Assembly: GCA_010365215.1 (NCBI GenBank)
Contig: JAAFGT010000023.1
Location: 30,613-94,612, forward strand
Origin: Acidipila sp.
GTDB lineage: Bacteria; Acidobacteriota; Terriglobia; Acidiferrales; UBA7541
Reading direction: 5' to 3'
Length of the DNA stretch: 64,000 bases
The notes under the pieces are model-generated. The model made no database searches. It had not been told where the DNA came from and saw only the letters and a list, made by a program, of their open reading frames with translations. Positions 38,578 through 47,368 of the stretch are shown in pieces; within the stretch, counting starts at the first letter, position 1, and each line of letters starts with the position of its first letter. A program made the position numbers and the translations under genes.

Positions 38578-40254
38578 ATGCCGCAACGCAACTTGTGTCG
38601 TAGTGCGGAAATTTTGGCGCTGTCCATCTGGGTGCTAACGATAGCGGCCTTGTTCATCGGTCCCGACGCCCAGGCCGGCGAGCCGCGCTATTTCGCGATT
38701 ACCAACGCGCGCATCGTTCCTGTCTCGGGCGCTGTCATCGAGAGCGGCACAGTGGTCATGGCCAAGGGCCTCATCGTCTCGGTAGGGAAAAGCGTTTCCA
38801 TTCCGCCCGAAGCTTTGGTGATCGACGGCAAGGGCATGACCGTATATCCCGGCCTGTTTGACGCGCTCACGGATCTGGGCTTAACGAGCCCCGCGGCTAC
38901 CGCGGGAGGCGCGCACGAGGGCGGCGGCGGCCCTTCTCCCTCGCGCGGTCCGGAAGATCGCCCCAACACCACCACCTGGACCTCTGCCGCCGACGAGTTG
39001 AAAGCCGACGACAAACGCCTCGAGACCTGGCGCAACGGTGGCTTCACCACCGCTGTCACTGCACCCAAAGTGGGTTTATTCCCCGGCCAGGGCGCGGTGA
39101 TCGATCTTGCCGGCGACCGCCCGGGCGATCTGGTCGTCAAGCCCAATGCCTCGCTCCATATTTCTCTCACGCCTACCGGCGGCTTTTTCGGTTTTCCCGG
39201 CTCGTTGATCGGGGTGATAGCCTACGTCAAACAGATTTACTACGACGCCGCGCAGGACGCCCAGGCGCAGCAGATCTACGCAGCCAACCCGCGGGGTCGC
39301 GAGCGTCCCCGTTACGATCGCGCTCTGCATGCCATCGAGGACGCCACCCGCGACGGCCGGCCCGTGCTTCTTCCTGCAGTCACCGTGCCGCAAATTCTCC
39401 GCGCCTTTGATATCGCCAGCCAGCTCGGAATCAAGCCGGTCCTATACGGTGTTACCCAGGGCTACGCCGTAGCCGACCAGATCGCCGCAAAGAAACTTTC
39501 CGTGCTGGTCAACCTGAAATGGCCGGAGAAAGAAAAAGACGCCGATCCTGACGCCGAAGAGTCGCTGCGCACCTTGCGCGTCCGCGATCGCGCCCCCGGT
39601 ACTCCCGCTGCCTTGGAAAAAGCCGGCGTAAAGTTTGCTTTCTATTCCGACGGCCTCACCTCGACCAAGGATATTTTGAAAAACGCCAAGAAAGCCATCG
39701 ACGCCGGACTCCAGCGCGATGCCGCCTTGCGCGCTCTTACGCTCAGCCCCGCGGAAATTTATGGTGTGGCGGACCGCCTGGGCAGCATTGAGACCGGCAA
39801 GATCGCCAATCTGGTGGTTACCGACGGCGACCTGTTCGAAGAGAAAACCAAAATCAAATTCGTATTCGTGGACGGTCGCAAATTCGAAATTCACGAGCCG
39901 GAAAAGCCCAAGGACCCTCCCAAGGGAACCATGACCGGCAAGTGGAAATTTAATTTCAACACTCCAGAAGGCGCGCAGGAAGCCACCGCTGACCTCACGA
40001 TGGATACGGACGGCACGCTTTCCGGCAGTATCGTCCATCAATACGGCACCTCGACGATCTCGAGCGGCTATCTGAGTGCCGATAAATTCAGTTTCAGCTT
40101 CAGCGTGAACATGCCCAGGCCGACTGACGTCATCTTCAGTGGCACGCTCGACGGCAACACCGCCAAGGGCTCGCTCTCCGCCGGCGACTTCAGCACTGAA
40201 ATCACCGGCACACGCCCCGGTGGGCGACAGGTGGAAAATCAGGAGGGTCGCTAA
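38578..40254 (+). CDS. Secreted amidohydrolase-superfamily paralog lacking the HxH metal motif, with an extra C-terminal beta-rich domain
   Basis: Signal peptide present. At the position where homologs have GxxDxHxH it reads YPGLFDALTDLGL. The family tail GKIANLVVTDGDLFE is present. An extra segment of about 120 aa starts at KGTMTGKWKFNF. Confidence 0.8.
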   Translation: MPQRNLCRSAEILALSIWVLTIAALFIGPDAQAGEPRYFAITNARIVPVSGAVIESGTVVMAKGLIVSVGKSVSIPPEALVIDGKGMTVYPGLFDALTDLGLTSPAATAGGAHEGGGGPSPSRGPEDRPNTTTWTSAADELKADDKRLETWRNGGFTTAVTAPKVGLFPGQGAVIDLAGDRPGDLVVKPNASLHISLTPTGGFFGFPGSLIGVIAYVKQIYYDAAQDAQAQQIYAANPRGRERPRYDRALHAIEDATRDGRPVLLPAVTVPQILRAFDIASQLGIKPVLYGVTQGYAVADQIAAKKLSVLVNLKWPEKEKDADPDAEESLRTLRVRDRAPGTPAALEKAGVKFAFYSDGLTSTKDILKNAKKAIDAGLQRDAALRALTLSPAEIYGVADRLGSIETGKIANLVVTDGDLFEEKTKIKFVFVDGRKFEIHEPEKPKDPPKGTMTGKWKFNFNTPEGAQEATADLTMDTDGTLSGSIVHQYGTSTISSGYLSADKFSFSFSVNMPRPTDVIFSGTLDGNTAKGSLSAGDFSTEITGTRPGGRQVENQEGR

Positions 40255-41864
40255 TGCGAATCTCACGCAGTGGCATCGTCGTTCTCTCCTTGGCCACCAT
40301 CGCCGCGGCAGTTCCCGTTGCCGCGCAGGATACCGTCATCATCCAGAACGCCACCGTCCTCACGATAACCAAAGGCACCATAGAGAACGGCTCGGTGCTG
40401 ATTCACAACGGCAAGATTGCGGAAGTGGGCAAAAATCTAAAAGTTCCTTCGGGCGCTACGGTCATCGACGCCTCCGGCATGTTTCTCTCGCCGGGAATCA
40501 TCGATTGCCACTCGCACATCGCCGTCGAAGATCAGGTCAACGAAGGCAGCGTGGCCGTTTCTTCGATGACCGGTGTCGGCGAAGCGCTTGACCCGGAAGA
40601 CCCGGACATCTACCACGACCTAGCCGGCGGCGTGACCGTTGCCAACGTCCTGCACGGCAGCGCCAACCCTATCGGCGGCCTTAACGCCGTCATCAAGCTG
40701 CGCTGGGGCAAGGATGCTCATGGCCTGATGTTTGAAGGCGCGCCCCCAGGCATCAAGTTCGCGCTGGGCGAAAATCCCAAACGCTCGAACTTCACGCCGC
40801 CTCCGGGGATCCCGCCGCGCTATCCGCAGTCACGCATGGGGGTGATCGACGTCATCCGCCAGGCCTTCGTGGACGCGCGCGAGTACAGGAAATCCTGGGA
40901 CGATTACCGCAAGCGCACCGCCGCCGGTGAGAAAAACATCATGCCTCCGCGCCGCGACGTAAAGCTTGATCCGCTGGTCGAAGTGCTGGAGGGAAAGCGT
41001 TACGTGCATTCCCACGCCTACCGCGCCGATGAAATGATTCAACTCATGCGCCTCGCGGAGGAGTTCGGCTTTCGTATTCGCACGTTCCAGCATGTACTGG
41101 AGGGCTACCGCATCGCCCCGGAAATGGCCGCGCACGGCGTGGGCGGCTCCACGTTTTCGGATTGGTGGGGTTATAAGGCCGAGGCCTATGAGGCCATTCC
41201 CTACAACGCTGCGATGATGACGCAGCACGGCGTGATCGTGTCCATCAATTCCGATAGCGCCGAGGAGGCGCGCCATCTGAACCTCGAAGCTGCCAAGACC
41301 ATGAAGTATGGCGGCATGGACGAGACCCAGGCGCTCAGCATGGTCACCATCAATCCCGCCATTCAGCTGGGCATCGACAAGCGCGTCGGCTCTATAGAGC
41401 CCGGCAAGGACGCCGACCTGGTCATCTACAATCATCACCCGCTCAGCGTCTACGCTGTCCCGCAAACGGTCTTCATCGACGGCCATATCTATTTCGACCG
41501 CAAAAAAGATCTTGCCGCGCGTGCCGACGTCGACAAAGAGCGTAAGGCCCTGCTGGAGAAAGAAAAGGCAGCGGAAAAGAAATCTGAAGACAAAAAGTCC
41601 GACGAAAAAAAACCGGACGAGAAGAAACCAGAAGAAAAGAAAGCCATCGAAGCACAAACTCCGGGTGCGCCGACTCCGGACGCCTCTAAGCCCGCTGTGG
41701 CAAAGCCCGACGCACCAAATCCCGACGCCAGTAAACAGGCGCCACCTAAACCCAAGCCAGCGGATTCCAAGAAAGATTACTCTAAGAAGGAAGATCAGAA
41801 ATCCCAGCCACCCGAGCCACCGAAGCCGCCCGTAACCGCCGCGCCCCAGGGGAGCCAGCAATGA
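40254..41864 (+). CDS. Secreted amidohydrolase (metal site intact) with a Lys/Glu/Pro-rich C-terminal tail
   Basis: Has SPGIIDCHSHIAV (HxH), VHSHAYR, NSDSAE and GKDADLVIY. The start ATG overlaps the preceding TAA by 1 nt. Confidence 0.85.
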   Translation: MRISRSGIVVLSLATIAAAVPVAAQDTVIIQNATVLTITKGTIENGSVLIHNGKIAEVGKNLKVPSGATVIDASGMFLSPGIIDCHSHIAVEDQVNEGSVAVSSMTGVGEALDPEDPDIYHDLAGGVTVANVLHGSANPIGGLNAVIKLRWGKDAHGLMFEGAPPGIKFALGENPKRSNFTPPPGIPPRYPQSRMGVIDVIRQAFVDAREYRKSWDDYRKRTAAGEKNIMPPRRDVKLDPLVEVLEGKRYVHSHAYRADEMIQLMRLAEEFGFRIRTFQHVLEGYRIAPEMAAHGVGGSTFSDWWGYKAEAYEAIPYNAAMMTQHGVIVSINSDSAEEARHLNLEAAKTMKYGGMDETQALSMVTINPAIQLGIDKRVGSIEPGKDADLVIYNHHPLSVYAVPQTVFIDGHIYFDRKKDLAARADVDKERKALLEKEKAAEKKSEDKKSDEKKPDEKKPEEKKAIEAQTPGAPTPDASKPAVAKPDAPNPDASKQAPPKPKPADSKKDYSKKEDQKSQPPEPPKPPVTAAPQGSQQ

Positions 41865-43165
41865 AATCAGTAAATAAATTAACCGCGTCCCTGTTGGCCG
41901 GCCTGTTTTTGCTTCTCTTTGCCGGCGCCAGTACCGGGCAGACGCAGCCTTCCGTCTTGGCCATTCGCGGCGCGAAGATCTACACGCTGGCGGGTGCACC
42001 CATTGAAAAGGGCAACATTATTCTGCGCGATGGCCGGATTGCCGCGGTCGGCGCCGATGCCGCCATCCCCGCGGGCGCCGAGATTGTCGATGGCGCGGGC
42101 TTGGAAGTTTATCCCGGCCTGTTCGACTCGAGCAGCCAGCTCGGCCTCACCGAAATCGACTCGGTGGCCGGAACGGTTGACAACGCCGAAATGGGCGATT
42201 TCAATCCCCAGCTGAATGCCGCCACCGCCATACACCCGGCCAGCGAGCATATTCCCGTATCCCGCGAGACAGGCATCACCCACACGGTAGTGATGCCCGG
42301 CGGCGGTATGATTCCCGGCCAAGCCACGGCAATTCATCTTGCCGGTTGGACCCTCGAAGAGATGCTGGTGCGCAAGTCGGTGGGTCTGGTGCTCAACTGG
42401 CCGCAGATTTCCACGCGCTCGTTCGATTTCGCCACTTTTAGTTTTAAAGAAAAGCCCTACACCGACGTCAAACGCGAGCAGGAGAAAAAAGTCCAGGAGC
42501 TCACCGACTTCTTCGACCGCGCGCGCCATTATCAGCAAGCCGTTGAAAAAGGTTCCGCAGCCTCCTACGAGCGCGACCTCAAGCTCGAAGCGCTTATTCC
42601 CGTGCTCAAGGGCGAGCTGCCAGTGATTGTTATTGCCGAGCGCGCGCGTGAGATTAAGGGCGCTTCCGAGTTCTGCGATAAGCAGAAGATCCGCATGATC
42701 CTCGCCGGAGGCACGGAGTCTTACAAGGTCAAGGATCTTCTCAGGCAAAAAAATATTCCTGTGATTTTAGGCCCCACTCTTGCCCTTCCTGCGAATGAGG
42801 ACGATCCCTACGACCGCCAGTTCACTCTGCCCGCCGAGCTCCAGGCTGCGGGGATTCAGTTCGCCATTTCGTCCCAGTCGATATCCTTCATGCGGCGCCT
42901 GCCGGAGTATGCCGGGGTGGCGCAGGCCTATGGCCTGTCCCACGACGATGCGCTCAAAGCTGTGACGCTCAATCCTGCACAGATTTTCGGACTGTCGAAG
43001 GACTTCGGCACCATCGAGACCGGAAAAATTGGCAATCTGATTGTCACCACTGGCGATCCCTTGGAGATTCGCACCGTCGTCCGTTACCTCTTCATCAACG
43101 GCCGCTTGACCTCCACCGACAACAAGCATCGGCAACTGTACGAGAAATATCGCAAGCGCCCATAG
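41861..43165 (+). CDS. Secreted amidohydrolase-superfamily paralog lacking the HxH motif and the strand-8 Asp
   Basis: Has YPGLFDSSSQLGL in place of HxH and FAISSQS in place of the xSD motif. The tail GKIGNLIVTTGDPLE is present. ATGA overlap with the preceding gene. Confidence 0.8.
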   Translation: MKSVNKLTASLLAGLFLLLFAGASTGQTQPSVLAIRGAKIYTLAGAPIEKGNIILRDGRIAAVGADAAIPAGAEIVDGAGLEVYPGLFDSSSQLGLTEIDSVAGTVDNAEMGDFNPQLNAATAIHPASEHIPVSRETGITHTVVMPGGGMIPGQATAIHLAGWTLEEMLVRKSVGLVLNWPQISTRSFDFATFSFKEKPYTDVKREQEKKVQELTDFFDRARHYQQAVEKGSAASYERDLKLEALIPVLKGELPVIVIAERAREIKGASEFCDKQKIRMILAGGTESYKVKDLLRQKNIPVILGPTLALPANEDDPYDRQFTLPAELQAAGIQFAISSQSISFMRRLPEYAGVAQAYGLSHDDALKAVTLNPAQIFGLSKDFGTIETGKIGNLIVTTGDPLEIRTVVRYLFINGRLTSTDNKHRQLYEKYRKRP

Positions 43166-43328
43166 AGCCCGTAGAAAAGGTTTCCGGGCTCGCAACATGG
43201 CGAAGCCCTACTGAGCAAGCACGTTATAAAAGCGGTCCTGCATGTTCCCGCCATGGCGGGTACGGCCGCGTCGTTCGCTATTTTCTTTTCGTGGCGGGCC
43301 GGGCTACACTACCCATCCCATCCAACCT

Positions 43329-44042
43329 ATGAATCGCGAATTCCATAGATGGTACAGCCCGCGCCTGGGCCGCGAAATGGAGCTTCTGGTCTTCGGCCAC
43401 GGCGGTACGCCGCTCCTGGTCTTTCCCACATCGCTTGGCCGCTTTTTCGAGTACGAAGACCGCGGCATGATTTCCGTTCTCGCTGGCAAAATCAGCGAAG
43501 GTAGCTTGCAGGTATATTGCGTGGACAGTGTGGATGGGGAGAGCTGGTACAACCGCGCCATTCACCCGCATCATCGCGTGGTCCGGCATCTAACCTATGA
43601 AAATTACGTGCTGGAGGAAGTGCTGCCGCTGGTCCGCCTGAAGAATTCTTCGAGCGAGCTCGGCGTAACCGGCTGCAGCTTCGGCGGCTACCACGCGATG
43701 AATTTCACTCTGCGCCATCCCGACCGCGTGACGCATTGCGTCACCATGGGCGGCGCGTTCGACATCCATCAGTTCCTCGGCGGCTATTACGACGACGAGT
43801 GCTACTTCAACTGCCCGCCGGACTTTTTGCCCAATATCACTGACCCGTGGTACCTGGATCGTTATCGCGCGCTCCGGCTGGTCCTGGCCACCGGCGACAA
43901 CGACATGTGTCTGGGCGAGAATTACCGTCTCGCAGCGATTCTTGGCGTCAAGCAGATACCACACTGGCTCGACGTGTGGGGTGATGGCACGGGCCACGAT
44001 TGGCCCTGGTGGCAGCGCATGGCCCTAAAATATTTTACTTAA
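43329..44042 (+). CDS. Esterase-family alpha/beta hydrolase (esterase D / enterochelin-esterase-like)
   Basis: Start trimmed to MNREFHRWYSP. Nucleophile elbow GCSFGG, and FPTSLGRFFEYED is typical of this esterase family. Confidence 0.75.
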   Translation: MNREFHRWYSPRLGREMELLVFGHGGTPLLVFPTSLGRFFEYEDRGMISVLAGKISEGSLQVYCVDSVDGESWYNRAIHPHHRVVRHLTYENYVLEEVLPLVRLKNSSSELGVTGCSFGGYHAMNFTLRHPDRVTHCVTMGGAFDIHQFLGGYYDDECYFNCPPDFLPNITDPWYLDRYRALRLVLATGDNDMCLGENYRLAAILGVKQIPHWLDVWGDGTGHDWPWWQRMALKYFT

Positions 44043-44086
44043 ATTATCCGTCGCAGGAAGTTTTCGATTCAATTGGAGAGGTTATC

Positions 44087-45040
44087 GTGAAGCGCATCGG
44101 TATCCTGTTCGGAATGGAAGAGTCCTTTCCACCCGCGGTGGTCGAGCGGATTAACCGCCTCAAGAATCCCGGTGTTTCCGCCGAGCTCTTGTGCGTTGGC
44201 GCCGTGCAAATGAGCCGTCCCAGCGGCTACCGCCTCATACTGGATCGCATCTCGCACGACGTTCCGTTCTACCGCTCGTACCTGAAAAACGAAGTGCTGT
44301 GCGGCACCATCGTCATCAACAATCCATTCTGGTGGAGCGCCGACGACAAATTTTTCAACTATGCCCTGGCTTCCAAAATCGGCGTGGCTGTGCCGCGCAC
44401 CGTGCTGCTTCCGCACAAACAGCATCCTCCTTCCACTTCCGAGCGTTCCATGCGCAACCTGGCATTCCCGCTCGACTGGGATGAGGTGTTCCGCTACATC
44501 GGTTTTCCAGCTTTTCTAAAGCCTTACAGCGGCGGCGGCTGGAAAAACGTCTATAAAGTGCACACGCCCGAGGAGCTCTTCCGCGCCTACGACGATACCG
44601 GCGACCTGTGCATGACCCTTCAGGAGGGCATCGAATTTAGCGAGTATTTCCGCTGTTACGTCATCGGCCAGGACAAGGTGCGCGTGATGCAGTACGACCC
44701 GCGCCGCCCCCATCACGAACGCTACGTTAAGGACGCCGCGCCCGTTGCGCCCGCGCTACTCGACCGCGTGGTGTGCGACGCCCAGAAACTTTGCCGCGCC
44801 CTGGGCTACGATCTGAATACCGTGGAATTTGCCGTGCGCGACGGCATCCCTTACGCCATCGATTTCTTGAACCCCGCGCCGGACGCGGAATATCATTCCG
44901 TGGGGCCGGAGAATTTCGAGTGGGTAGTCGCGGCCGTTGCCGAACTGGCCTTGCGCAGAGCGTTGAGCGACGAGAATCCCGCTCGAGAATATCGCTGGTC
45001 TTCGTTTCTTTCCGGCGTTCCGTTCAAATCCGGTGCTTAA
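44087..45040 (+). CDS. ATP-grasp amidoligase (RimK/GshB-like)
   Basis: GTG 44087 lies 6 nt after GGAGAGG. ATP-grasp elements: GFPAFLKPYSGGGWKNV, YFRCYVIG and NTVEFAV...YAIDFLNPAPD. Confidence 0.8.
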   Translation: MKRIGILFGMEESFPPAVVERINRLKNPGVSAELLCVGAVQMSRPSGYRLILDRISHDVPFYRSYLKNEVLCGTIVINNPFWWSADDKFFNYALASKIGVAVPRTVLLPHKQHPPSTSERSMRNLAFPLDWDEVFRYIGFPAFLKPYSGGGWKNVYKVHTPEELFRAYDDTGDLCMTLQEGIEFSEYFRCYVIGQDKVRVMQYDPRRPHHERYVKDAAPVAPALLDRVVCDAQKLCRALGYDLNTVEFAVRDGIPYAIDFLNPAPDAEYHSVGPENFEWVVAAVAELALRRALSDENPAREYRWSSFLSGVPFKSGA

Positions 45041-45160
45041 CCTTGTTCACGGCAGGCTCTGGTCTTTTTATTGCCACAGGGCGGCGCGACGGTACGGAGC
45101 TGAGCGAAGCTGTTTTGACAAGTGTGTTTGCGCCGCCTCACGCGCGAAGCAGGTGCAGCG

Positions 45161-46300
45161 ATGAAGCCAAGTTTCACCCTGGGCATCGAAGAGGAATATC
45201 AGACCATCGATCCACACACCCGCGAGCTGCGTTCCCACATCCATACTGAAATTTTAGAGCAGGGCAAAATCCTGCTCGAAGAACGCATGAAGCCGGAGAT
45301 GCACCAGTCCGTGGTCGAAGTCGGCACGCGCGTCTGCCACAACATCAAGGAAGCCAAGGAAGACGTAAAGCAGCTTCGCCGCGACGTTATTCGCCTCGCG
45401 CAGCAGAACGGGCTCCGCCTGGCCGCTGCCGGCACCCATCCCACCGCCGACTGGCGTACCCAGGAAATTTATCCGGACGCGCGCTACCACACCATGGTGG
45501 AAGACATGCAGATGGTGGCCCGCGCCAATCTGATCTTCGGTCTTCACGTCCACGTAGGGATCGAAGACCGCGATGTAGCCATCCATCTGATGAATGTGGC
45601 GCGCTATTTCGTTCCCCACATGCTGGCGCTCTCCACCAACTCCCCGTTCTGGTTAGGCATCAACACCGGGCTCAAGTCGTACCGCTGCAAAGTGTTCGAT
45701 AAATTTCCACGCACAAATATCCCCGACTATTTTCCCAGCTGGGGCGAATATGAAAACTTCATCAAGCTGCTGATCAAGACCGGCTGCATCGACAATCCCA
45801 AGCGTATCTGGTGGGACATTCGCCCGCATGCTTACTTCAATACTCTGGAAGTCCGCGTCTGCGACATTCCGCTGCGCGTGGATGAGACCATCGCTCTTGC
45901 CGCGCTCATCCAGGCCACTTTTGCCAAGCTGTACAAACTATTTTCCACCAATCAGACCTTCCGCCTCTACCGCCGCGCGCTGATCATGGAAAATAAGTGG
46001 CGCGCGGCGCGCTACGGCCTTTCCGGCAAGCTCGTCGACTTCGGCAAACAACAGGAAGTCCCCGCCCGCGACCTCATCCTCGAATACCTTGAATTCGTGG
46101 ACGACGTTGTGGACGAGCTCGATTCGCGCGAAGAGATCAACTACATCCATGAAATCCTCAGGATGGGCTCCGGCGCGGACCGCCAGTTGCGCGTCTACGA
46201 AGAAACTGGAGACTTCAACAAAGTTGTCGATTACATTGTGGAGGAGACCCAGGTGGGTCTCTTCGACGCGAAAGAGCAGATTGCGGGAGCGCCCCGTTGA
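45161..46300 (+). CDS. Carboxylate-amine ligase, GCS2/YbdK family
   Basis: The MKPSFTLGIEEEYQ...MHQSVVEVGT...GLHVHVGI pattern is characteristic of glutamate-cysteine ligase family 2. Confidence 0.85.
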   Translation: MKPSFTLGIEEEYQTIDPHTRELRSHIHTEILEQGKILLEERMKPEMHQSVVEVGTRVCHNIKEAKEDVKQLRRDVIRLAQQNGLRLAAAGTHPTADWRTQEIYPDARYHTMVEDMQMVARANLIFGLHVHVGIEDRDVAIHLMNVARYFVPHMLALSTNSPFWLGINTGLKSYRCKVFDKFPRTNIPDYFPSWGEYENFIKLLIKTGCIDNPKRIWWDIRPHAYFNTLEVRVCDIPLRVDETIALAALIQATFAKLYKLFSTNQTFRLYRRALIMENKWRAARYGLSGKLVDFGKQQEVPARDLILEYLEFVDDVVDELDSREEINYIHEILRMGSGADRQLRVYEETGDFNKVVDYIVEETQVGLFDAKEQIAGAPR

Positions 46301-46343
46301 GCGAGCCGCTGACTGTCCCGTCCAGAGAAAAAGTGACCGCAAA

Positions 46344-47360
46344 GTGAACAACAACGGAACACGCGACTTCGACCCCGAGTTTTCGCCCGGCGCCCGCAAC
46401 GCAATCCGCGTTTGCCTGAGAATTCAGCCGCACGAAAAAGTCACTCTCATCACCGATCGCGCCACGCGCGAGATCGCCGATAGCCTTATCCACGAAGTGG
46501 AAGCGGTTGGCGCGCCGTATCGCGCCTGGGTTCTCGAGGAAATTGCATCCCGCCCGCTGCGCAACATGCCCGCGGTGATTCTCGACGACCTCGCCTCGAG
46601 CAACGTCAGCCTTTTCGTGGTGCAGGCCCAGCTCCACGAGCTTGGCTCGCGCATGCAAATGACCGAGGTGGTCAATCGCCACCGTATTCGCCACGCGCAT
46701 ATGGTCAACATCAATCCGCAGATCATGGTGGAAGGCATGCGCGCCGATTTTCTGAAAGTGGATGAAATCTCCACACGTGTCCTCGAGCTGGCCTCCGCTG
46801 CTTCGCATGTTCGAGCGCGCACGCCTGCGGGTACGGAAATCCAAGCCGAGCTCTCACCCAATTTTCGCTGGCTCAAAACCAGCGGTATCATCAGCCCTGA
46901 AAAATGGGGCAATCTTCCGGGCGGCGAAGTCTTCACCACGCCCGCGCTGGTCAATGGAACGTTTGTCGTGGATGGAGTGGTTGGTGATTACCTCTGCGCG
47001 CGCTACGGCACGCTGGCCAACGAACCGCTCACGTTGCGTATCCGCAACAGCCGCCTTACTGAAGTGCACTCCGATAACCGCGAGCTGGAAGATGAGTTCT
47101 GGGCGTACACGCACGCCGACGACAACAGCGACCGCGTCGGCGAATTTGCCATCGGCACGAACATCGACCTCCAGCATGTGATTGGACAGATCCTTCAGGA
47201 CGAAAAATTTCCTGGCGTGCACATTGCCTTTGGCAATCCCTATGGCGAGCACACCGGCGCCGATTGGTATTCTTCCACGCATATCGACGTGGTGGGCACG
47301 GGCTTCAGCATCTGGCTCGACGATCGTCAAATTATGCAGGATGGCAAGTTCCTGATTTAA
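46344..47360 (+). CDS. M29-family (AmpS/aminopeptidase T-like) metallo-aminopeptidase
   Basis: GTG 46344 is in frame. Has GNLPGGEVFTTP, GEFAIGTN, DEKFPGVHIAFG and THIDVV. The track ORF (from 46089) overlaps the previous gene. Confidence 0.8.
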   Translation: MNNNGTRDFDPEFSPGARNAIRVCLRIQPHEKVTLITDRATREIADSLIHEVEAVGAPYRAWVLEEIASRPLRNMPAVILDDLASSNVSLFVVQAQLHELGSRMQMTEVVNRHRIRHAHMVNINPQIMVEGMRADFLKVDEISTRVLELASAASHVRARTPAGTEIQAELSPNFRWLKTSGIISPEKWGNLPGGEVFTTPALVNGTFVVDGVVGDYLCARYGTLANEPLTLRIRNSRLTEVHSDNRELEDEFWAYTHADDNSDRVGEFAIGTNIDLQHVIGQILQDEKFPGVHIAFGNPYGEHTGADWYSSTHIDVVGTGFSIWLDDRQIMQDGKFLI

Positions 47361-47368
47361 TTGCGCCG

